Of a stretch of 64,000 nucleotides of DNA, positions 42,167 through 52,339 are shown one piece after another. Made by a program: the position numbers and the translations under genes. Origin of the DNA: Tubiluchus corallicola (taxonomy: Eukaryota > Animalia > Priapulida); NCBI GenBank assembly GCA_030141605.1, contig JAQGDQ010002407.1, forward strand, positions 11,059 through 75,058, read 5' to 3'. The notes beneath the pieces are model-generated. The model worked only from the letters and a program-made list of their open reading frames with translations. It was not told where the DNA came from and made no database searches. Each line of letters begins with the position of its first letter. Position 1 is the first letter of the stretch.

Positions 42167-45100
42167 ATGCAGGAACGCTACAGTGCAAATGAGGAGAGAT
42201 TAAAGCAGGCTCTTGATGTAGCGGGCATGGGGATGTTTGACTGGGATATTCATAGAGACACTGCAGTTTATAACGAGCGCTACTCTGAAATATTTGGAAT
42301 AGACCTTCAAAAACGGACAAGCGCAGAAAAAAAATGGCTCGACATTGTTCACCCCGACGACCAGCAGATGGTTCAGCACAGGCTTAAAGAAGCACTGGAG
42401 GGAAAAATTACATACAGCGTAGAATACAGAATCATAAAACATGGTTTATCAGAGAGGTGGATAAGCAGTAACGCAAAAGTTTTTTTCAATAATGATGGGG
42501 AGCCATACCGTATGGTAGGCGTAGTAGCAGACATAACCGAACGAAAGCTGGCGGAACAGGAGCTTAAAAAACAACTTCAATTTGAAAAACTGCACTCCGA
42601 AACATCAAACACTTTTGTATCTGTCTCATACGATAAAATTGATAGCGAAATACAAAAATACCTGCCCCTCTTTGCCAAACTCCTGAACCTTCCACTGATA
42701 GGGGTAAAACTACACTTTGAAGGAACAGCGTCATCCGAAAATTCTCACTACTATGCAGCTCCGGGATATGAAAAACTGAAAAATACAATAACAAATGAGA
42801 TACTCCCCGGAACCTTAACCACGCTAAATAAAGGGGAGGTCCTCATAAAAAACGACCTTCCTGACTCGCTACCGGAAGAAGTGAGCGAAGAACGTAACTA
42901 CTACGAACGAGCTAAACTTAAATCGTTGCTCATAATCCCGTTTACTATCAGGGGAAAAATCTTTGGAACCATATCGGCAGGAGTATCCAGCGAACTTTTA
43001 TGGACAGATGAGCAGGTAAAAAAAGTACGGCTGATAGGTGAAATACTTATCACCGCACTAAGCCGAAAACAGGCCGGTGAAGCTCTCCATGAAAGCGAAA
43101 AACAACTGAGGAGGGAGGCGAACATAACCAAATTTCTTTTAAAACTATATCACCAGGCACCAGACATGTCAGACAAAGAGCTATACATGTATATACTGGG
43201 GAAGGTTGTTGAGCTGACACGTAGTAAAATAGGGTTCTTTCACAGAGTAGGCAACGATCAAAAATCTGTAATTACTACCGGATGGATCTCAGCAACAAAA
43301 GAGAAAAATAAAACCAACAAAAAACATCAGGTAATAAATGAACAGCACCATAAAATTGCAGATACAGAAATACTAGAAGCTTGCGTTCAAAGAAAACAAC
43401 CCGCTATATACAATACCATACCTAGCGATACAAGCAAAGGAGGCTTTCTCTCAGGAACCCCTAAACTTATGCGATTTATAAGCGTCCCTATAGTAGATGG
43501 AAGCAAAGTGAAATATATCTTTTGCATAGGGAATAAATTTAAAAAATATGAAAAACGCGATGTTATGCAAGTTCAGCTAATCGCAGGGGAGCTATTTAAA
43601 ATATTCAAGCAACGTGAAGCTGAAAAATCATTAAAAGAGGGGGAAGAACGCCTCTCAATAGCGTGTCGTTCGGCAAAACTGGGAATATGGGACTGGGATA
43701 TAAAAAACGATAAACTTAGATGGGATAACGGGATGTACGACTTATATAAACTGAAAAAAGAGGAATTCCATGAAACATACAGCAGTTGGACAAAACACCT
43801 GCATCCAGATGACTTAAAACATTTTCAAAGCACAATTAAAACCTGCCTCAAAGCCGAAAAAGAGCTCCACACCGAATTTCGAATCCGTATAAAAAGGGGA
43901 ATAGTGCGTTACATTGACGCATATGCAAACATATCTCGAAACAGTAAGGGGGAGCCGGTACGCATGATTGGTGTAAATGGGGATATTACAGACAGAAAAC
44001 TTACAGACAAAGAACTGCAGAAATACCGGGAACATCTCGAAGAAATCGTAAAAAAAAGAACGCACGCACTTAAAAAAGCCAAAGAAGCAGCGGAAGTAGC
44101 AAACACCGCAAAATCCAAATTCCTCGCAAACATGAGCCACGAAATACGAACCCCTATGAACTCAATAATAGGATTCTCGGAAATACTTTCAAAACACATA
44201 AAAGATGAATCCATATCTCCCTACGTAAGCTCTATAAAAACAAGCGGGAAAATACTGCTGGGATTGATAAATGACATACTTGACCTTTCCAGAATAGAAT
44301 CGGGAAAACTACAGATAAGAACCATGCCCGTAAGCCTCAAAAACACAATAAATGACATAGAAAGCATATTTAAAATTAGGGTCAGGGAAAAAGGACTCAC
44401 TTTCAATACAAACATCTCAGACAACACACCTCAATACCTTGAACTGGATGAGCTGAGAATACACCAGGTGATGATTAATCTTATTGAAAATGCCATAAAA
44501 TTTACACACACAGGATTCGTAAAAATAAATATCCATACAGAAAAATACGAAAACAATACGGTAACCCTTTACATCACTGTAGAAGATAGCGGTATAGGAA
44601 TAGCAAAAAACAATCAGAAAAAAATATTTAGCTCTTTCGACCAGGCTGACAACCTTGACATAAAAAAATATGGAGGCTCGGGACTGGGGCTCGCTATATC
44701 AAAAAAACTCATTGAAATGATGGGAGGAAAAATATCAGTATCAAGCATTGTTAATAAAGGAAGCAAATTCACCATAACTATAAAAAAAGTAAAACAGTCG
44801 GAACTGAAACACAATGAAAAAGAAGAGCGTAAAACACAAAAAAGAGCACCATTAGACAACCAGGACAAACACTCCTCCCCCAATGCCACAATCCTGAATA
44901 ACACCTTACTAGGAGAACAAAAAATAGGCCTACCTCTAAAAACAAAAACACAACTCCCTCTCATAATCGAAAAAATAGAGCACATTCATAAAACAGCCTG
45001 GCGGGAAATACAGGATATACAACCACTCAATAAAGTGAAAAACTTTATGATACAAATAAAGGAAATAGCTCAAAAATACGACATTGACATCCTTAAAATA

Positions 45101-45211
45101 TACGCAAATGAAATTGAAATTTCACTAAACACTTTTGGTGTAGGAAGGATGAAAAAACTTATCAATGACTTCCCTGCCATTATTGGGGTGCTTAAAAACA
45201 TAAAAAAATAA
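42167..45211 (+). CDS. PAS/GAF sensor histidine kinase (duplicate)
   Basis: Identical translation to 15476..18520. Confidence 0.92.
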   Translation: MQERYSANEERLKQALDVAGMGMFDWDIHRDTAVYNERYSEIFGIDLQKRTSAEKKWLDIVHPDDQQMVQHRLKEALEGKITYSVEYRIIKHGLSERWISSNAKVFFNNDGEPYRMVGVVADITERKLAEQELKKQLQFEKLHSETSNTFVSVSYDKIDSEIQKYLPLFAKLLNLPLIGVKLHFEGTASSENSHYYAAPGYEKLKNTITNEILPGTLTTLNKGEVLIKNDLPDSLPEEVSEERNYYERAKLKSLLIIPFTIRGKIFGTISAGVSSELLWTDEQVKKVRLIGEILITALSRKQAGEALHESEKQLRREANITKFLLKLYHQAPDMSDKELYMYILGKVVELTRSKIGFFHRVGNDQKSVITTGWISATKEKNKTNKKHQVINEQHHKIADTEILEACVQRKQPAIYNTIPSDTSKGGFLSGTPKLMRFISVPIVDGSKVKYIFCIGNKFKKYEKRDVMQVQLIAGELFKIFKQREAEKSLKEGEERLSIACRSAKLGIWDWDIKNDKLRWDNGMYDLYKLKKEEFHETYSSWTKHLHPDDLKHFQSTIKTCLKAEKELHTEFRIRIKRGIVRYIDAYANISRNSKGEPVRMIGVNGDITDRKLTDKELQKYREHLEEIVKKRTHALKKAKEAAEVANTAKSKFLANMSHEIRTPMNSIIGFSEILSKHIKDESISPYVSSIKTSGKILLGLINDILDLSRIESGKLQIRTMPVSLKNTINDIESIFKIRVREKGLTFNTNISDNTPQYLELDELRIHQVMINLIENAIKFTHTGFVKINIHTEKYENNTVTLYITVEDSGIGIAKNNQKKIFSSFDQADNLDIKKYGGSGLGLAISKKLIEMMGGKISVSSIVNKGSKFTITIKKVKQSELKHNEKEERKTQKRAPLDNQDKHSSPNATILNNTLLGEQKIGLPLKTKTQLPLIIEKIEHIHKTAWREIQDIQPLNKVKNFMIQIKEIAQKYDIDILKIYANEIEISLNTFGVGRMKKLINDFPAIIGVLKNIKK

Positions 45212-45218
45212 CAAACAA

Positions 45219-45426
45219 AAACCCTTTCCAAAACAAAATACTTGGCCCTCATTGAAAAAAGGGAGTGAGAACTTTCAGCCCAACCACAAACTAAAATTTT
45301 TTTAAAGGCCCTCCCAAAACACTAAGTCTTTGCCGATGAAAAACTGTAGTTTACTAGCGAAATCAGGACTTTGAAGAAAACTTACATAAAAATGCGAACA
45401 AAAAAATGAACGTTGTAAAAAAAATC
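45219..45426 (+). mobile_element. Composite degenerate MITE-like element
   Basis: aaaccctttcca...ttggc...; cgatgaaaaactgtagtttactagcgaaatcaggactttgaag...aaaaaatgaacgttgtaaaa. Confidence 0.5.
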
Positions 45427-45440
45427 AAAAAACAAGGAAA

Positions 45441-47285
45441 TTGAAAAAACACTTGCCAACCTCCCTAAAAGAAGTGGAAAAGCGGGGATGGGATGAACTA
45501 GACATAATCATCTTCTCCGGCGATGCATATGTAGACCACCCCTCCTTTGGTACAGCAATCATAGGGAGACTACTTGAAAATCAGGGCTTGCGCATTGCTA
45601 TTGTACCTCAGCCAAACTGGAAAGATGACCTGAGGGACTTTAAAAAACTGGGTATCCCGCGCCTTTTCTTTGCCGTTACAGCGGGATCTATGGACTCAAT
45701 GGTAAATCACTACACTGCATTTAAAAGACGCCGGTCTGATGATGCATACACCCCGGGGGGAAAAGCAGGATACCGTCCTGACTACGCTACCGTGACATAC
45801 TCAAATATTCTAAAAAAACTATACCCCGACACACCTCTGGTAATAGGGGGAATAGAGGCATCTCTGCGACGATTTACTCACTACGACTACTGCTCAGATA
45901 CACTAAAACCGGGAATTTTGCACGATAGCAAAGCAGATCTCCTATTTTACGGGATGGCAGAAAAATCAATAACTCAGTTTGTGAAACTCCTAAAAAAAGG
46001 CATCCCCTTTGAATCACTTACAAACATACCACAAACTTCGTTCATTCGTAAGAAAACAGAGGGATTCCCTACAAATGCAGTCTGGAAAAATAAAAACCTC
46101 TACTCCCACGAAGAGTGCATGAAAAATAAAAAAAAATACGCCATTAACTTTAAACACATTGAAACTGAATCAAACCGCCTCGACTCAGCCAGACTTACAC
46201 AAAAGCTATATGACAAACACATAATAACTAACCCCCCGTGGCAGACAATCTCTGAAAAAGAAGCTGACAGCTATTACGACCTGCCTTACACGCGCCTGCC
46301 TCACCCCAGATACGCAAACAAAGGGAAAATACCGGCGTATGAAATGATAAAACACTCTGTAAACATTCACAGAGGATGTTTTGGAGGATGCTCATTCTGC
46401 ACAATATCTGCCCATCAAGGGAAACACATCATTTCACGAACCGAAAAATCAATACTAAAAGAGACTCAACTCATATCTGAGATGCCTGACTTTAAAGGCA
46501 CGATAACTGACCTCGGAGGTCCCTCTGCAAACATGTATAAAATGCGAGGAATTAAAATGGAAAAATGTAAAAAATGCTCCCGCCCATCATGCATAAACCC
46601 ATACATATGTGAAAACCTTGACACCGAACACAAACACATTACCATGCTATATGAAAAAACTAACAACATCCCCGGAATAAAAAAAATAGCCATTAGCAGT
46701 GGTATACGATACGACCTTATACTTAATAAAACCGGAAACAGAAAAAAAGATCAAAACAACATTGAGTACCTTAAAAATACCATCAAAAGGCATATCTCGG
46801 GAAGGCTAAAAGTAGCACCTGAACACATATCAGACAAAATATTGAACATTATGCGAAAACCATCGTTCTCCATATTTAAAAAACTTAACAACCTATACTA
46901 CAAAATCAACAAAGAAGAAAAGATAAACCAGCAACTAATACCATACTTTATATCGGGGCATCCTGGAAGCACCTTGGAAGACATGGCAGAACTCGCTGCC
47001 GAAACAAAAAAAATGGGATTTAAACTTGAACAAGTACAGGGATTTACACCCACTCCAATGACACTCGCTACAGCAATATACTACTCCGGATATCACCCTT
47101 ACACACTTGAAAAAATATATACCGCAAAATCGAAAATAGAAAAACGCACACAACACTCCCTGCTCTTCTGGTATAAAAAACAGAACATAGCCAACATTAA
47201 AAAAGAACTTAAAAAAATAGGGCGTCACGACTTAATAAAAAAACTTTTCCCTAGCCTAAGACAAAGCAACCTCGGGGCACGATGA
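45441..47285 (+). CDS. YgiQ family radical SAM protein (duplicate)
   Basis: Identical translation to 13402..15246. Confidence 0.92.
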   Translation: MKKHLPTSLKEVEKRGWDELDIIIFSGDAYVDHPSFGTAIIGRLLENQGLRIAIVPQPNWKDDLRDFKKLGIPRLFFAVTAGSMDSMVNHYTAFKRRRSDDAYTPGGKAGYRPDYATVTYSNILKKLYPDTPLVIGGIEASLRRFTHYDYCSDTLKPGILHDSKADLLFYGMAEKSITQFVKLLKKGIPFESLTNIPQTSFIRKKTEGFPTNAVWKNKNLYSHEECMKNKKKYAINFKHIETESNRLDSARLTQKLYDKHIITNPPWQTISEKEADSYYDLPYTRLPHPRYANKGKIPAYEMIKHSVNIHRGCFGGCSFCTISAHQGKHIISRTEKSILKETQLISEMPDFKGTITDLGGPSANMYKMRGIKMEKCKKCSRPSCINPYICENLDTEHKHITMLYEKTNNIPGIKKIAISSGIRYDLILNKTGNRKKDQNNIEYLKNTIKRHISGRLKVAPEHISDKILNIMRKPSFSIFKKLNNLYYKINKEEKINQQLIPYFISGHPGSTLEDMAELAAETKKMGFKLEQVQGFTPTPMTLATAIYYSGYHPYTLEKIYTAKSKIEKRTQHSLLFWYKKQNIANIKKELKKIGRHDLIKKLFPSLRQSNLGAR

Positions 47286-47358
47286 AAAGATCAACCAAAT
47301 ATAGGGTAACGTTGAATAAAATAGACCGGTAGGAACAAAGAAAACTAACAAAAAATCT

Positions 47359-47366
47359 TACCTTTG
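47359..47366 (+). promoter_or_regulatory. Bacteroidota -7 promoter element upstream of rocD
   Basis: TACCTTTG matches TAnnTTTG. Confidence 0.45.
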
Positions 47367-47431
47367 AATATCTATTGCTACACTTATCCTCGTGAAAAAA
47401 CAGACCCCTTGCATCTAAGGAAGTAAAAAGC

Positions 47432-47550
47432 AAGGCCTTTGCAATCCGAATTTGAATTGAGGAAAAACGATATGAAATCCCAAGCTTACCTAAACCCAAA
47501 TGAAAACCTTTCACGAAAACATTAAAAAATATGAACTTTGCAAAAACATC
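47432..47550 (+). mobile_element. MITE-like element
   Basis: aaggcctttgcaa...ctttcacgaaaacattaaaaaatatgaactttgcaaaaacatc. Confidence 0.6.
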
Positions 47551-47569
47551 ACTCGACAAAACTGCTGCT

Positions 47570-48784
47570 ATGAAAATGACAACCAAAAACTATATCGATA
47601 GAGAAAATGAATATGGAGCCCACAACTACCATCCTCTACCGGTTGTACTAGACCGTGGAGAAGGAATATACCTGTGGGATGTGGAGGGAAAAAAATACTA
47701 TGACTTCCTGTCGGCTTACTCAGCAGTAAACCAGGGACACTGTCATCCCAGGCTCGTAGCCGCCCTTACTGAACAGGCCTCAAAACTGGCACTTACTTCA
47801 CGTGCATTTTACAATGATGTCCTGGGGGAGTGGGAGGAGTACATGTCTAAACTATTTGGCTATGACAAAATGCTGCCTATGAACTCTGGCGCAGAGGCAG
47901 ACGAAACAGCCATAAAACTTATACGAAAATGGGCGTATAAAACTAAGGGAGTACCCAAAGACAAAGCAAAAATAATTGTGTGCGATGGCAACTTCCATGG
48001 GCGAACAATCACAATTATCTCAATGTCGTCAGACCCAGATGCATATAATGATTATGGACCATACACTCCGGGATTTATTAACATCCCGTATAACAACATT
48101 GACGCACTTGAAAAAGAACTAAAAAACCCTCACGTAGCAGGATTCCTCGTTGAACCTATACAGGCAGAAGCGGGGGTTTATGTCCCAGACTCCGGTTACC
48201 TGAGTAGGGCATACGAACTATGTAAAAAACACAACGTCCTATTTGTAGCTGACGAAATACAAACAGGGCTCTGCAGAACAGGGAAAATGCTTGCGTGTCA
48301 ACATGAAAACGTAAAACCCGACATACTGGTATTGGGGAAAGCTCTCTCAGGAGGAATGTTCCCTGTCTCATGCGTACTTGCCAACAATGAAATTATGCTG
48401 AATATAAAACCCGGTGAGCACGGATCTACGTATGGAGGGAACCCTATAGCTGGAAAAATATCAATGGCTGCCATAAGTACCCTTATAGATGAAAACCTTG
48501 CTGAAAATGCAGCAAAAATGGGAGAAATATTTCGGGGGGAAATGAGAAAAATAAAATCAGATATAATACAGGATGTACGAGGCAAAGGAATGCTCAATGC
48601 CGTCCAGATTCAACCTGCCAATGGCAAAACTGCATGGGAGCTGTGCCTGGCTCTTAAAGAAAATGGAATAATTGCAAAACCAACTCACAAACACACTATC
48701 AGATTCACCCCTCCTCTCATAATTACAGAACAGGAGATGATCAATGCAACAAAACTGATAAAAAAAACAATTGAACAATTTTAA
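47570..48784 (+). CDS. rocD: Ornithine aminotransferase (duplicate)
   Basis: Identical to the left-arm copy. The upstream ATG at 47531 lies inside the MITE-like end. Confidence 0.95.
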   Translation: MKMTTKNYIDRENEYGAHNYHPLPVVLDRGEGIYLWDVEGKKYYDFLSAYSAVNQGHCHPRLVAALTEQASKLALTSRAFYNDVLGEWEEYMSKLFGYDKMLPMNSGAEADETAIKLIRKWAYKTKGVPKDKAKIIVCDGNFHGRTITIISMSSDPDAYNDYGPYTPGFINIPYNNIDALEKELKNPHVAGFLVEPIQAEAGVYVPDSGYLSRAYELCKKHNVLFVADEIQTGLCRTGKMLACQHENVKPDILVLGKALSGGMFPVSCVLANNEIMLNIKPGEHGSTYGGNPIAGKISMAAISTLIDENLAENAAKMGEIFRGEMRKIKSDIIQDVRGKGMLNAVQIQPANGKTAWELCLALKENGIIAKPTHKHTIRFTPPLIITEQEMINATKLIKKTIEQF

Positions 48785-48834
48785 GCAAAAAATAGCTTGC
48801 ATCGCACACGCGCAAAAAGTAACATTTGCGAAAA

Positions 48835-49032
48835 GTACAAAATCCCTCTTTGCTTCTATACAAAGCTGAATATACAACTGCCTTGATGACAGTCTTTATG
48901 AACAGCAGCCTGTCTATTGGCAGGGGTAGGGCAAATAAAAGCAGTATTAAGCAGTATTGAAAGGGGGGGACAGGAGTTCTACTGCTAATGATATCTAAAC
49001 TCGTGCTGTAGTACAATAGCACGGGGTTTTTT
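48835..49032 (+). ncRNA. Candidate structured small RNA
   Basis: Pairings by eye: tccctcttt (48843) with aaagggggg (48960); ctgcc/ggcag; gacag/ctgtc. Followed by a terminator. Family not established. Confidence 0.3.
48997..49032 (+). terminator. Intrinsic terminator
   Basis: tcgtgct...agcacgg stem followed by tttttt. Confidence 0.7.
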
Positions 49033-49345
49033 ATGCTTTCTTATATATAAACAACTGCTGTTCAGTTGCTTTTCTCTTAAAACTTATACTGGAAAATACA
49101 GATATAGAAAACTTAAGCTCATCGATAGTGCAGTAATTTACGTATACTAATTTTCTTTTATTTTAGGACAGTTAGAAAAACTTGAGCGCGTCTATATCAA
49201 CTATATGTAAAAATAGATGTAGGCGAATTTTATGAAATGGCTCCTTACAATTGACTTGTAGAACTTCAAAAGAGAATCTTTTTTCCCCTGGACAAAAAGC
49301 GGCCGGGGTTGTATTTTGGAAGAGAGATCCCCCTCTCTTTAGCTT

Positions 49346-50092
49346 TTAAAAAAACCATAATCTGGCAGCAATAAGCACAATGGCTACAAACATTATTCGC
49401 CTGATCCACACATCCCCATGCTTAACCGAAAAGGTACTGCCTAACCAGCCTCCGGTAGCATTCCCGATTGCAAGTATAAAGCCCGCTTTCCAGTCAATAG
49501 CACCCTCCCAAATAAAAATGCTGAGTGCGGCAATAGTATAAATAAGTGCAACCATCACCTTTATACTATTAACTTTAGCGAGAGAGAATCCGTTTATCTT
49601 AACCAGGGCCAACATTATAACAAATCCAATACCGGCGTGTATAAAGCCTCCGTATATGCCGATAAAAAAGAAGGATATAAGCCCCAGAACCTTCCTTTTT
49701 CTACCCATGTGCTCTACAGCGCTGTTGGGAAATGGAGGCTTAAATACAAGTATTGCTCCCACAATAACTATAATAATGGAAAGAATGCCATTAAATAGCT
49801 TTTCTGAAACATCTATCGCAAGAGAAGCACCTATAACAGCACCGGCCAGGGCAGTTATACCAAGATGCACTCCATACGCTCCAGGGAAGACCCTCTTTGC
49901 TCTGAAATTTGAAACAGCTACTATATTCTGAACAAGCAAAGCAAGCCTGTTAGTTCCATTTGCAACAACAGGTGGAAGACCTAAAAAAATCATTAACGGA
50001 AGCGTAATTAAAGACCCCCCTCCGGCAACCACATTTATAAACCCTGCTCCTGTACCGGCAAGAATAAGAAAAAGATAATCAAGTAAGCCCAA
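49346..50092 (-). CDS. TauE/SafE family membrane protein (duplicate)
   Basis: Identical translation to 10595..11341. Confidence 0.88.
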   Translation of the reverse strand: MGLLDYLFLILAGTGAGFINVVAGGGSLITLPLMIFLGLPPVVANGTNRLALLVQNIVAVSNFRAKRVFPGAYGVHLGITALAGAVIGASLAIDVSEKLFNGILSIIIVIVGAILVFKPPFPNSAVEHMGRKRKVLGLISFFFIGIYGGFIHAGIGFVIMLALVKINGFSLAKVNSIKVMVALIYTIAALSIFIWEGAIDWKAGFILAIGNATGGWLGSTFSVKHGDVWIRRIMFVAIVLIAARLWFF

Positions 50093-50315
50093 GCTTTTAA
50101 AAAAAGATGGAAGCTGCTCACAAAACTTTTAACTCTGCTATACGAACCAGTGGAATTACCCAGTTGATTTATGCCTTATGAATAGCCTCAGATTTAAATA
50201 TACCTATAAGCAGGGAAACGCTCTTTTAACATCAGTGCCAGCGCTTATTGCCAAATAACCCTATATCCCTGCTTTCTCCTGTAATTATAACAAATTTTCC
50301 CTTTAAATCCATACC

Positions 50316-50441
50316 GAGGCTCTTACAAAGCGAAACATTTTGGATCAAACTGAAAAACTTCGCTGAAAAATTGCAGATTACTGACGTAAATGAGGGGGCT
50401 TCATGAAAATATTGATAAAGAGATTAGCCCCATAAAGGCTT
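50316..50441 (+). mobile_element. MITE-like element
   Basis: gaggctcttacaaag...ttggatc..ctgaaaaa...ttactgacgtaaatgag...ttcatgaaaatattgataaagagattag...taaaggctt. Confidence 0.6.
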
Positions 50442-50656
50442 AATAAAAATACTCTCAAACTTTTGAATCAAACACTAGCTTATTCCTCTATAGCTTCTCC
50501 CTTTTTTAGGAGCAGAATGGACCCAAATTTAGCCTGCTACTCATTAGCGTGAGAGCAAGGACTTTCCGTTGGAATATAAAAAACTGCATGCGGTATAAAA
50601 GTGGGGATTTTTACCTATATTGCCACCCTAATATTTTGTACAAAAGGTAAATAATT

Positions 50657-51082
50657 ATGCTAAAAGGTATTTTGACAATACCCGGTCAACCCGGGCTTTT
50701 CAAGTCGATATCCGAAGGGAAAAACAGTATAATAGTAGAATCTCTTCTGACAGGGAAGCGGTCTCCCGCCTTTCCCAGCTCAAAAATGACTGCCCTCGAA
50801 GATATCGCCATTTTTACAACTCAGGAAGATGTGCCTCTAAATGATGTGTTCAAAAACATTTTTGAAAAAGAGAGCGGAGGTAAAGCCATAAACCATAAAT
50901 CGGAGATAGAGGAGCTGCGGGAGTACTTTGAAAAGGCATTGCCGGGTTATGATAAAGACAGGGTTTATATCTCCGATATCAAAAAAGTGATAGCATGGTA
51001 TAACATACTTCAGGAAAAGGGGCTTTTAAACTTTGAGGAAGAGGATAAAAAGCAGGAAGGCAATAATAAGGAAGAAAAATAA
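50657..51082 (+). CDS. DUF5606-like protein (duplicate)
   Basis: Identical translation to 9605..10030. Confidence 0.75.
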   Translation: MLKGILTIPGQPGLFKSISEGKNSIIVESLLTGKRSPAFPSSKMTALEDIAIFTTQEDVPLNDVFKNIFEKESGGKAINHKSEIEELREYFEKALPGYDKDRVYISDIKKVIAWYNILQEKGLLNFEEEDKKQEGNNKEEK

Positions 51083-51168
51083 ACATGGTGCCATAATGTA
51101 CCTGGGCTTTTTTCAGCTCAGAGAAAAAGTCTTCCTTGAATTGATACCGCCACGCAGGTGAAAAGAGT

Positions 51169-51299
51169 AAGACCTTTGCAAAGTGAAAGTATTTTACTCC
51201 AGATTGAGGGAAGCTCAGTGAAAACCTAGGATATACAGGAGGCTTTAAAAGGAACTTTGACGAAAACATTAATATAAACATAGGCTTTGCATAGGCCTC
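51169..51299 (+). mobile_element. MITE-like element
   Basis: aagacctttgcaaag...tttgacgaaaacattaatataaacataggctttgcataggcctc. Confidence 0.65.
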
Positions 51300-51331
51300 A
51301 GTATGGACTTAAATTACTTATCACCGATTAT

Positions 51332-52162
51332 ATGAATAAGATAGTCAAAAAAGAGTTTTTTTCAGACAAAGTTGTCAGCCTGGTTGTTGAAAACCCGAAA
51401 ATTGCAAGGGCCAGAAAAGCAGGGAACTTTGTAATACTCAGGGTGGGTAAAACGGGAGAAAGAATTCCATTAACAATAGCGGAAGCGGACAAAGAGAGGG
51501 GAACAATCACACTGGTAGCACAGGTGGTTGGTGTGAGCTCATCGAAACTGGCAAACCTTGAACCTGGGGACCATATAACCGACTTGGTAGGACCGCTTGG
51601 GAAGCCAACTAAAATAGAGAACACCGGAACTATCCTTGCCGCCGGAGGAGGAGTGGGTATAGCTCCACTTCTCCCTATTGTTGAAGCATTTAAAAAAGCG
51701 GGGAACAGAGTTATATCTGTTATTGCAGCGAGAAATAAAGAGTTGATTATTCTTGAAGAGAAGATGCGTAAATGGTCGGACAAACTTGTTATTATGACAG
51801 ACGATGGCTCATACGGAGAAAAGGGGTTGATTACAGATGGGATGAAGAATATAATAGAAAGAGAGAAAGTAGACGAATGTATTGTCATAGGCCCCGCAAT
51901 TATGATGAAATTTGCTTCCTTACTGACAAAAAAATATAAAATACCCACCCAGGCAAGCCTCAATACCATAATGGTAGATGGCACAGGAATGTGCGGGGCA
52001 TGTAGGGTTACAGTTGGAGGAGAAACAAAATTTACTTGCGTGGACGGGCCGGAATTTGATGCACACATAGTTGACTTTGATGAAATGCTAATGCGTCTGG
52101 AGGGCTACGTAAAAGAAGAGGAAAAAGCAAATAGAAGGCACTTTAAAAAACTTAATATATAG
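51332..52162 (+). CDS. nfnA: NfnA/SudB-type subunit (duplicate)
   Basis: Identical to the left-arm copy. Confidence 0.85.
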   Translation: MNKIVKKEFFSDKVVSLVVENPKIARARKAGNFVILRVGKTGERIPLTIAEADKERGTITLVAQVVGVSSSKLANLEPGDHITDLVGPLGKPTKIENTGTILAAGGGVGIAPLLPIVEAFKKAGNRVISVIAARNKELIILEEKMRKWSDKLVIMTDDGSYGEKGLITDGMKNIIEREKVDECIVIGPAIMMKFASLLTKKYKIPTQASLNTIMVDGTGMCGACRVTVGGETKFTCVDGPEFDAHIVDFDEMLMRLEGYVKEEEKANRRHFKKLNI

Positions 52163-52339
52163 CTTGGCTAAACAGTATGATATATCACATACAAAAAGCG
52201 AAATTTCCTTTTTAATTTTCAGGCATTACCTGTTTTTCGTACTTTGGCTTTCTGATAAAAAGGTTAACTAACCCATAAATAATTGCTCCTTTATAATAAA
52301 ATGAACTCTTTGCAAAGGGCTAAAATAAAATATTAATAG

